The translations under genes were made by a program, and so were the position numbers. From NCBI GenBank assembly GCA_051362555.1, contig CM120641.1:18352001-18416000 (forward strand): a DNA stretch of 64,000 bases, written 5' to 3'. The notes beneath the pieces were generated by a model. The model made no database searches and was not told the origin of the DNA. It saw only the letters and a program-made list of their open reading frames with translations. Numbering within the stretch: position 1 is the stretch's first letter; every line of letters begins with the position of its first letter. Source of the stretch: Lingula anatina (Eukaryota; Animalia; Brachiopoda). Below are positions 50,256 through 61,441 of this stretch, piece by piece.

Positions 50256-50803
50256 TACCCCATTCACACTACGCTCAGTTATCCAGATAAGTTGCGAATT
50301 GGGTCACAATTCGAATAAATGCAGTAGTGTGAACGCAAGAGGATTTCTGTAATGCGAATTTTCAAAATCCTGCAAGCGAGGTGGATTTCTAAGCGCGATT
50401 CGAATGACTTACCGGAATCGACACCTGTACAGATCTTACTGCGCATGTGTGCAGATAAGTGGGGGTATCTATTGTTTAATTACTTTAGCGCTTGCACCAA
50501 ACGTATTTGGAGGTCACCACTCACTACAACATGAGGAAACATAAACTTATTTTGCCATCTTGTACTTCTCAAGAATGCTGGAAAGTCTTTTGAGTTGCAT
50601 TTGTCGTCACAAATTTTTGTTGGTATTTTAAGATTTCCTGTGCGGCGCATGTGCAAGTGTTCAAAACAGGAAGTTAAACCTGAAATTTTCAACGTGTGAT
50701 TCGGTTTCGCTTCGCGTGTGTGAACGCAATACCCAATCGAATTCCTCACGAAAAATTCGAATTATACAATGCGCATTTTTGCAACTGTAGTGTGAATGGG
50801 GTA
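50256..50803. mobile_element. Young non-autonomous PIF/Harbinger-like DNA transposon
   Basis: Perfect 17-bp TIR taccccattcacactac / gtagtgtgaatggggta, 3-bp ATA on both flanks, CpG-rich interior. Confidence 0.85.
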
Positions 50804-53800
50804 ATAGGTGGGATATTTGTATGGTGTTGTTCATAACTAATACAATTTGGTAAAATGCTTTGACTGTCAGTTTTTTTTTTTTTTTTTTTTTTACATACAG
50901 TGCGAAGAAATTACACTGAGGTTAAAAAAAAAGCTAGGTTATTCTAAGAATGGCCACAGAGTACTTTTCTGGTAAATAAAGGTCGAGGGAATTCAAAGAT
51001 CTATTCAAAATATGTCTGCTATTGATTTTATTCAAATTTTTTCTGCTATTCATTCTGCTATATTTCTGTCTTAATGGATTTACTAGACAAACAGGCTGGT
51101 AACCTGGGCTTTGCTGACAAAAAAACATGGCTTATAAAACATAGTCTCGTTTGGTTTAAAATATCATCTTTCATTATCCTGAAAAACCTACCCCAGTTGA
51201 TCCGAGTTTTGGGTGATGTATTGCAATATGGGCTATGCTTAAAGCATGCTGGTCATCAACTTTAAATTCACATATATTATGGCATCAAACAGAACAGTTC
51301 CTGTAAAAAAATCACACCCACTTTAATTATGATTCATATTTTAATAATAAAAAAAAGCTCAGGCAATGTGTGAATTACTAGTAGGGTAAAGGACTTGAAA
51401 GGGGTGGAGGGGGGGGGGGCTTGTTATCAGCAATGCTGTCACTGAGTTAGAAAACTGTAGAAATGTTATTAGTTTTCTTATTGGGCTCAGGTGTAGCAAA
51501 TGCTCTCATTCCCAGAAGTCTGATATGTGTAAGCCCATAAATATATAATAGCCCTTGATCGAAGTATCCTAGGTGGAGATGTGCTGAATGGCAGCTATAA
51601 CACCTAGGTTGAATAAATAGGCTGGGTGGAACAAACCATACATGTTAAAACAATTGTCTTACAAATGCGTTCAGAATTCTGGAAATCTGTTTTTCTGTAC
51701 ACTTAATGTTAACAGTTAAGGGAACAAATTTTAGAAAAATACCCACTAATGATGAAGTCTGGGGATTCTGTTCAGCAGGATTCAAGAATTGTGTCTTACT
51801 GTGTGATTTGGTTGAAACATAAACACATGTAGTTCTGATAACTGGAAAATTTTGTCTGTTTTTAGTTGATAACTCTCTTGAAGAGGTTTACAGAAAAGGA
51901 TGCATATGTAGTGTTTGTAATCTTAACTATATTTGCACACCACTTACATGGACATATATTTAAGAGCGTGAGCAGGTTTTCCTCTTGACTTACTATCATG
52001 GAAGGAAAACACAAAGTCTTAGAAGTGTGCCAAAATTGCTAATTTTCTCTCTTGTTAATACCATTGATTGATGTCCTTTTTCACTCATTTTGTTTCCAAA
52101 AGTTGTTTAGTTTCTGTTTAAGTGAGCTATTGAGCAAAGTTCAGCAAAGTCGGAAATTGCCAATTTGATACAAAAATTGTTTGAGGATTTGTTTTGATAA
52201 GCAGTGTATTGATCCAACAGATGCAATCATATCATTTATTCCCCTACCAGCTCAATCAAAGACTACCAAGACAAGCAAGTACTTAATTAATGTGCATGGG
52301 GAAAAAAAAGAATATCTCTCTTTTATTCAATTGGTCAATTTAAACACATCCCTTGAGCCTGGTGTTGGAGCTGTTTGGAGCAGTGAGTAAGCTGTGGCCT
52401 GTTGGAGATTCAGTAGATAAAGGCTGAAAAAAAAAGGCAATTAAGAACAGCTTGAAGATTTAAAAAAAAAACTGTCATCTGAATTGAAATCATCCAAGCT
52501 AACACAGAGTGTTGCGAGTTAATGTAAAATCGAGCATTATTTCATGATATTCAGAGGAGCTAGAGTGGGGTCAGAAATAATGAAAAGACTAGCAACTGTA
52601 GTGAAAAGCTGACATAATTTGTCCATGGTTATTTTGCTTGTTGTTTTTTCTCTTAAGCTCTGTGAATTTTTTTTTTTTTTTTTTTTTTTGTATTACTTTT
52701 GCTGAGATGACATTGTTTCACTGTTATTGATAAAAGTAAGCCCCATCTCACCTGTAGCTATAGTCAAAATTCATCATGTGATATTATATGATTTGATGCA
52801 CTGATAAGCTTTTCTTATCCAAAAAAAAAAATCACAAATTGAATTTTGTAAGAGTTTTATAGATTATTTGCAGTTAAAAAGAAACTACATATATTCTGAA
52901 CTGAATCACAGTGTGGAGCCTTCGCCTGCCCTTCACTTCAATCTGGCAAATGGCTGGTCTCAGCACAAATCCATCCTCTTCATAAAATTGTATGATTCAT
53001 GTTTTTACATGTGTTACCCCAAATTACCACAATATACACCCGGGGAGGTGACAACAATTTTTGGCTGGATTTATCCCATTCCTTGATTGGTATTGGCCAG
53101 CAGTTCTATGAAGTCCTGTTCCTGCCAGTATTCACACCCAGTATTATCCAGTGGGGCTTCTCTTTTGCTTGCTTTATTAGATAACTCGTTAATTAGTACA
53201 TTTACTCTGAGGGCAAATCTGATATGCTCTTGGTATGGCTACCAACTAAGCCTTTATTTGCCAGTGGCTTATACATGCTGACTGTTTGTGTTATTGTAGT
53301 TAACATATTTTGTTTCTGTCTTTACATTTGCTGGCCAAGTTCTGAATGTGTGTGTGCATGTGTGTGTGTGGGTGTGTGTGTGTGTGATCAGTTTTCATGT
53401 TTCCTTTGAATTTACATAGATGTATATATAAGTTACCGACATGAATGACTGAGATACAGTTTATTTATTGGCTTAATTTGGAAATGGCATTAGCTTATTA
53501 AATCTTAATAAATCTTATAAGAACATTGTCTCAGAAGGTGGTTGCTTTTTAGAAAGAATAAAATGTGTGTTGGATTAATGAGAGCATCTTAAGTAGCTTT
53601 TCAAGACAGTGTGACATTATAAGCTCTTTTCCATTTCCTTTTTTAGGATTATTACATTATTCTATGCCTCTGCTTTGGAATATATTCCTTATTCTCTCAC
53701 TCCAAAAGGTTGACATCATTATGCGTATATTTGGTGGAGTTATTAAATGGGGTCCCCATGAAAAGTTTTGGATGATACACTGCAATTTCAGGACTAATTA

Positions 53801-53991
53801 TTTATATTAGGAGATTGGAGTAATTATTTCTTTTTGTAGATATTGCATGTGGTTAATTACTAGAATGGAACTTTCACTTCCAGGGTTAAATACATGTAGT
53901 TGGTGAAATAGATTAAAGCATAATTTTCATGAAACAATTTTTTTTACTTTATAATTAACTTAGAAAATATTTTATTTTGTTTTTAATTTAG

Positions 53992-54015
53992 TGGACTCTG
54001 AAGATTCGGAATCAG
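53992..54015 (+). CDS. SLC8A1: Candidate 24-nt NCX microexon (V)DSEDSES(G)
   Basis: T-rich tract plus ttag|, CAG|gtattg donor, symmetric phase 1 to 1, open frame, at the known CBD2 splicing position. Confidence 0.6.
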
Positions 54016-55945
54016 GTATTGAGTATTGAGGAGACATGTAGAGCACAATGACAAGCAGGCACTAATATTAAATGTGGACATTTTCTTGTCTTCCTAATTA
54101 TTTAATTTTTTTACCACACACTCAGTTAACCAGCAGTTGAAGATAGGCTTAGATAAGTTAAAAATTGCCTGACAGGCTGTTAAATTGAACACACGTCAAA
54201 TGCAACTTTTCTCTGTTCATTAGGAAAAAAAATCTCTGCTCTTAAAAAAAAATCATATACAAATTATCACTATTGTTTAATATGATATCTATCTTTTATT
54301 GCTGGTTAAACAAAGCTGAACTGAACTGTGTCACTTTTTATGATTAATTTTTTTTCCATTTATTATGCTGTTTATTTTATTTTATTTTTATTTGTAGTCG
54401 CAGCTGATACTTATATTTAGCATCGATTTACTATCAATGCAGTGTTATATTAGCACAAGAGGTCAAGCAAAGAGGTCATGACTAACCACTCCCATTCTAA
54501 TCATGACATCTCCCCTTCCCCATCATTTCTTCTTTTAATTATCACCTTTTCATACATCTTTAAGTATGAATTTGAAATCTTCCCCAATGTACGAAATTGC
54601 CCCTAAACCTTTGCTTGACCAAAATGCATGGTACTGGTGCCACTTAGTACCTCTTTGGTGCAGTTTGTGTCGATTTCTACAACAAAATTGATTGCTGGTT
54701 GACTTTAATTTCAATTTTGCATGTTGGTGTTCTTATAACTAAGTGCTCTAGCTGACCTTGCCTCTGCCTTCTCCCTAGTTCCATGACTGATACCTGGACA
54801 TTTGTCATTCAAAATTGGAACTCCTAACACGTGGCCCAAACAACCTATTACTTTTTACATGTGTACTGAAGCTCTTTAAGGGATATTTCTATGCTTACCT
54901 AATAATATACTATTTTCTTTGTACTTTGAAGAAAAAAACTTAAATTCTAACTGCTTAAAACATTATCATGTAAATTTGGTTTTATAATATATTAATGCTG
55001 GATTCCTTTTTAACCCTAAATATAAATGTTTCATCTGAAATAAAGCAAAAGGTGTTTCATATTGTTACATAATTTATTTATTTATTAATTTTGCATCTGT
55101 TGTTTACTCCCTGTTTTGCCACTTTGCAGTGAAATAAGAATGCATGGTGTGGTACACAATTATCAAATAAGGAACACCATTTCACCTTAGGATGATATTG
55201 TTTCTATTATATGAAAACTTAAATTCTTGCTAAGATAGCTTTTCGGGATCCCTTCTGCACTATTGCATCATTACCTTTTCCCCTTTATTGCCTTTTCTGC
55301 TTGTTGGGTTTTAAAACAAAAGCTTTTTTGGTATGAAAATTTTGTTTTAGGTGTTGGTGTTTACTTTATAGATGGAAAAGTATCAAATTAATTTTTTCTA
55401 AGGATTGACTTCCCAATAATGCTGTTTCTATTTTTATAAATTTGTTTTCTATGTTGAGATGAGATTTGCACAAAGAATATAAGGTTCTCTCACAAAAATA
55501 CATTTGCAATATATTTTTTTTACATGAACAAAATATTTACTAGGTTCAGTCTTGTTATAGACATGTTTTAGTGTTCTGATGGTTCGTTATCAATGTAGTA
55601 CACAAGATCATAGCAAATATGACACGTTGTAGGGCCTAAGGGTATCTTCTTCCCTGTCAGAGTAACACCTGAGCACATTATTTATTATGATTAATTTTGG
55701 ATACACATATGTTCAAGTAAAAATGAAGCAATATCTGTACAGCGTAGCAACAATTTCTTTAGGATAAGGGCAATGTAAGGTTTCTTGAACACATCAAATC
55801 CATGTTGAAGGTGGCATAAAGTTTTTTCCAAGATACTGAAAGACTTGATTCAACCAATTTGGTCTTGTCAAAAAAAAAAAAAAAAAAAGTAAGAAAGATA
55901 AACTTGTGAAAGTGTAAAAGATAAATTGTTGCATATTATCTTCAG

Positions 55946-56097
55946 GTAAAGACGCTGATGTCAATGAAGTTGAATTGGAGGATGCTACACCAATTGATCA
56001 AATGACGGAAGACCAGAAAATCGCCATGCTCGGCAAACCGCGACTTGGAGAAAAAATTCACACTGTTGTTCGAATTCATGAGAGCCAGGAATTTAAG
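55946..56097 (+). CDS. SLC8A1: NCX exon, end of CBD2
   Basis: ttcag| ... |gtataa; GKDADVNEVELEDATPIDQMTEDQKIAMLGKPRLGEKIHTVVRIHESQEFK; phase 1 to 0. Confidence 0.95.
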
Positions 56098-58102
56098 GTA
56101 TAAAATATGCTCTGATGGGTTCAAGGGGTATGATGTTTTTGTTGTTTTTTAACAAATTGACATTATTTCTTCTTACAGTATTTGTGATGACCATGGCCAG
56201 GTAAGTTGGTTATTTGTATCTGTTCCTAACAAAAGCACAATACAGCCACACATGTCAAAAAGCTACATTTATTAAAATTATTTAAGCCAGCAAGAAATCC
56301 TAATCTAATTGAGAGAGTTGACCATCAGTTATCAATAAAAACATTCTGTTAACTGCAGGGCGAGAAAACCATTATAGTGAATAGTCTCAAAACCAGTATG
56401 CAAACTGTTTTAAGCATCATATTTTTCACTCTGTTTCCTTCGAAATGCATACCCAAAAATCTTCAAGCATATGGATCATTTAGGTATAATTCCAAATGAA
56501 CATCAAACTCAGTCAATGAAAAAATTGCTGAGATGGTCTGTGTTCTAGGGCATCTCATTATTGTGGAACATGATTGGTGTAAACAACTGATCAAAAGTGA
56601 CTAAATTTTAGACTAAAAAAAAATCTGTAAAAAAACTCTAGTTAATTTGTTAGCTTCTAGCTTGCCTGCAGTGAAAGAAAATTGGAATTTCTTTGACTGA
56701 ATTGTACTCGTAAGTGTAACTTGAAGCAGATACATGTACAAACTAGATGTTACAAGTAATGAGGTGGGGGGATTAACCAGATACATGTACATCCCTCATC
56801 CACTCTTTCCAAGAATCCTGGTTATGGAATGGCGGAGAATCGATGAAAATCAATTTTAGATACATAGCATGTCATTTAGGATACTTAGTTGTTCACGTTC
56901 TTATTAATTAGGCATGCTTAGTGACCAGGCCGGCCATGCAGAGGAACAGAAATTGGAAACTTTGATGCAAATAAGACTGAATTTAATCTGAGGAAAATGG
57001 AGATTAATTTCTATTTTTGCACATGGATGTGATTGTTATTGAGGGTTGTTTGTCATCAAAGGTTTATGTTGCTGAGGTGAAAACATGTCTTCATGCAGTT
57101 TGTGCTGGCTTAATTGGATCTGTGCTTTGTTGTGTGGGCTGTAACATTCTAGTATAGCTGGATGACTTCTGTTTTCTCAAATTTCCTCTTCTCAATAGGA
57201 TTTTGTTGAGTCGGATTTCCTGATTTGAATTCAATAAACTTATACAGTAATTTCATCTACCATGTGATCAAGCACTTTCTGAAATCTAATCATATTGCTG
57301 TTCCCCTTCAAAATAAAGGGAGGTTACATGATATTAAACTACCTATATGGGCCTGTCTATTTGTTCTGTAATTTCATTAAAAGAATCAGTCTACTGTTTC
57401 AGTAATTGCCTGTCTTCCTGCCTATCTGCATTTTTCTGAAAATGGGAATGTTTTACACAGGTTGCACTCAGATCAAATCAGTCCAAAATATGTCTGTGTC
57501 TGATATCAATGGACAACTGATATACTGGATATAAAAATCTAAGGCATGATGGTATCACATAAGATCTGTAATATACCGGCCAGTTATTGAGACTAAATTT
57601 TAGAGCAAAATTTACTACAAAACAGACTTTTTATTGCATACCTTCAAGGCCTTCATCTGATTCATGTATTGAAGTCATTTACAAAACTGTTTTGATGCAA
57701 AATGTTTACCATTTATACCATTAATAAAAGCTTTCATTAGTAAAAAATGTGCCTATAGCTACAGTTTTTGGTCATTAAAATTGACAGTTGAATACTTTTT
57801 TTACCTAGTTGTTACCAGAAATTATCCACATGCTTACTGATGACTTAAAACAGGTACCGGGTAATCTCCTGGGAGTTTCTTTCACTTTTTTCAATGGTTA
57901 AACTCAGAGGTTGAAAATAAATATGGTGTTATTTTCCAAAAGAATCCAAATGGCAATCATCTGATCTTTCAGTTGTTTTCATCTTTCAGATGATTATAAA
58001 GGATCATGGCGTAGCTTTTTCATAAAATACTTGAAGGTGTTTATTTTTTTTTTTGGCAGTAATAAAACCAGTGTTACCATTATCAGTTAACCAGAAGTAT
58101 TA

Positions 58103-58347
58103 GACTGGGTTCCCATCCTAGATCAATCTAACAGGATTGGTCCATCTCCATGGGCTTTCTCGCTAAATTGTTTTCAGCTTAAGTGGCTTAGATGTCTGGA
58201 AAGCCTACTAAAACTGCTAAACAAGAGTGAATTACCCCCTATCAGCTTCAGTAGGCGTGACAGACATCTTAGCTGCTTAAGTTAATTGCAATTAGGCGTG
58301 ACCCCTTGGAGATGGACCGATCCTGTTAGATCGATCCCGAATGGTCT
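58103..58347. mobile_element. Palindromic MITE, same family as 22431-22655
   Basis: gatcaatctaacaggattggtccatctcca / tggagatggaccgatcctgttagatcgatc inverted arms; shared aattaccccct..cagcttcagtaggcg core. Confidence 0.75.
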
Positions 58348-59258
58348 TGTAGTTCAGCTTGAACCTCCTCCATACCCCCTAATTCGATCATCCTCGGGCA
58401 AAATCTATATGAAGTCATCTCAAATGCAGTAGCCATTTTCTCCATTTTGGCAGTTTTCTTCCCAGTGATAAAATTTAAATTAATATGGAAAGATTTTTTA
58501 AAAAAATATGCTGATTTTATCTGCTACCTCTGTTGTTCAGTTTCTTACCAAAGCTTATTTCAGCTGATAGAACATGAGTAATTATAGTTTCAGATATACA
58601 TTGTGCATTTATGATTCATGAAATAGTATATTTAATATTTATTAATAATTACTCTTTGGGTTGGGGTAAATGGAGTTCCTAGTTAGGCACTAGTTCCATG
58701 TACTGATCACACTAAGTGCCTGCCTTAATAAGCTGATGACATCATATTGATTCAACAGTATTTCTGAACTGCTGTTGCCCAATTTGTCTATTGAAATAAA
58801 GTAGAGAAGTAGTGCTTTTGTGCATGAACACATAAACCTATGTGCCGCTAAATTTCAAATGATAAGTTGACTAAATATTAGTTTTGGTCTAACATTATAT
58901 TCTGTAATGATCTTTTTCTCTTAAGTCATTCAAATAAACATTTTTGGTTTTGTTGTACCTTTTCTGTGTCATTGATATGCTAGGATGATCAATTCTTGAT
59001 ATGCAAACGGAAAATGAATGCTCTCCTTTGATGCTTTAGTTTATAGAAGAGATCAACAGTTTAATACAGGTAGTTCTCAAAATAAGTGTTGGGTCAATAT
59101 TGTGTTGAAACCTTGTATTTTGTCAGAATATTGATTTTCTGTCTGTTTTTGGAGGTGTTTTAGTTCTGATTTTTATCAAGAAGATTTGTTTTAGGACTAA
59201 TTGTTTTTACAGCTATAGGCTCACAAGGATGAATATGCTACAAAAGGTTTTGAAAGTG

Positions 59259-59787
59259 TAATAATAATAATAATAATAATAATAAGATTCTTATATGGCG
59301 CCTTACATTCTATCTCAAGGCGCCTTACAATAATGGCTAATATACTAAAATCATTAAAATGACTACAATATTTTAATCATAAACTCTCATTGGAAACCAT
59401 TTAAAATTTACACTACTAAAAATCAATCTTATTAAAAAAAAAAAAAAAAAAACATATATATATTAAAATAAAATCTAAGAGATATAGACAGAATTAAAAA
59501 AGTGGGTCTTTAAAAGAGATTTAAAATTGTCAAAGTCTTCTGTTTTCCTAATAAAATTTGGTAGACCATTCCACACTCTTGGGGCGTAGATTATAAAAGC
59601 ACGATCTCCATAACTTTTTAGGCACCCCTTCTCTAAAACAGAATGTTCTAAAATAAAATCATTCTCAGTATTAAAACGTGTGGACCGCCGTGGTAAGTTA
59701 AAACAGATAAGATCAGATAAATATAATGGTCCTTGTGAATGGATCGCCTTAAAAATAATACAGAGTACTTTAAAATCAAAATTCTCC
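59259..59787 (-). mobile_element. 5'-truncated L2/CR1-group LINE (ORF2 C-terminus, 3' UTR, (ATT)n tail)
   Basis: FKVLCIIFKAIH..GPLYLSDL...YGDRAF..YAPRVWNGLP...FKSLLKTHFF; L2-type 3' stem-loop region, (TAA)n tail, possible AAGTG TSD. Confidence 0.85.
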
Positions 59788-61341
59788 AAGTGACTAAAAT
59801 GTCCATAAAGTGTCCAAAAGAGTCCTGGTGTATTCAAAAACGTATTCTGTGAAAGATTTCCTTCTAAAAACCCACACTTTCAATAAAAAGCAGTAAAGTT
59901 TGTCAGAGATCATTAGCAGGGCTGCTGCAAGCGCACCTTGACCTTGACCCATCCAAAGGATTTATCCAGATTATGCCCCAAATATGGTTTTTACCATTTA
60001 TTTGGCATGAGTTCTAGGAAGAACTATTACTGTAACAGTACAAGTGAAACTCGAGATTGCAAATTTAAAAGGGCAGGTGTAAATGGTTAGCTACTTTGAC
60101 TTCCAAGAGAAATGTATGCCAGACTGTTAAACAATACTCTTGCTTTTTTTGTATTGTAAATGCTATTGATCTACTGAATAAAAGTCATGTCTGTCCAAGT
60201 TCTTTGAAATGATTAAAAAGCCAATGAATGCAACATTTGGGTCATCAAGCATATTGTTCTCTTCTACTTTTTGATAACAAAGTCAAACACATAAAGGAGT
60301 CAACTGGTAAGACAGAAATGGTATGAAGAGTGACACAATTTAAGAATGATGACTATGCTCTCTGTTTTCATTTTGTTCATTTTTTTTACGTTTTGTTCAT
60401 AATCTGTTTAGTTTGTCTTTAAAACCTACTTAGCTTCTAAACTTCCATTTGGGGTTTAACAGGAGACAATTAAAATACCACGTGGAAAAAGAAAATTGTT
60501 GAAATTTGATTTTTGTAGACAAAATCTTATTCCTTTATTCAGAAATAAACATGGCTGTTTGGCAACTTCATATATTAGCTAGTAATAGTTGTCTGAGGGC
60601 AATTACAGAAGATTTTTCTGCTGATTAATGAGATAGACAAATACTGGGATTTTATAATCTTATCTCATACCCCAGAGAACAGTGTTTATGTACAATATCA
60701 GTTTTTATGTTTGGTGCTTTTTCTTTTTTCTACCAAATATACAAAATACAAGTTCTGAGGTGGTATACATTTATACAGTTCAGTCATTGTTTATATGGTA
60801 AATGTTTTAACTATTCTATAATAATGCTTTCCAGTTAGGAATAAATCTACGAAAAAATGTTTAAGAGCTCATGGAACTTCATGTCTCAGTCTTATTCATA
60901 TATGCAACTGACATATGAGAATGTCTTCTGTTGAACCTTGTGAATTATTATACAAATTGTACAAAAGAACGTTTTTTAAAGAACATTTGAAAGTACTGTA
61001 AATCTATTTCATTATTGTAATGTACATAGTTCTGTGCTTATTTGCTTTCAGTACAATTTTCCAATTTTGTACAATTTAAGACCATTACCTGCATACAGAA
61101 TATTCAGATTAATCATTAATGTGGTTTTCATAGTGGTAATACCAAAAACAAAAGAATACTTTCTTATTGTATTCAGAATACTTTCTTATTGTATGCAGTT
61201 ATAACTTATCACAACATGGGGTGATTGTGTGCCTTTGATTGTGATTAGCAAAATTTTTTTCACTTTCCAACACATTTTGCTACTACTTACATTATGATGA
61301 TATCATGTTTGCATAATATTTAAGATAAATATTCTTTACAG

Positions 61342-61441
61342 AGCACAGTAGACAAGCTGTTGAAGAAAGCCAACATGGCAGTTCTCATTGGTACTTCATC
61401 GTGGAAAGAACAGGTTCTCGAGGCCATCAGTGTCAGTGCAG
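61342..61441 (+). CDS. SLC8A1: NCX exon (gene continues beyond window)
   Basis: tttacag| ... |gtgagt; STVDKLLKKANMAVLIGTSSWKEQVLEAISVSA(G), conserved NCX segment. Confidence 0.96.
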
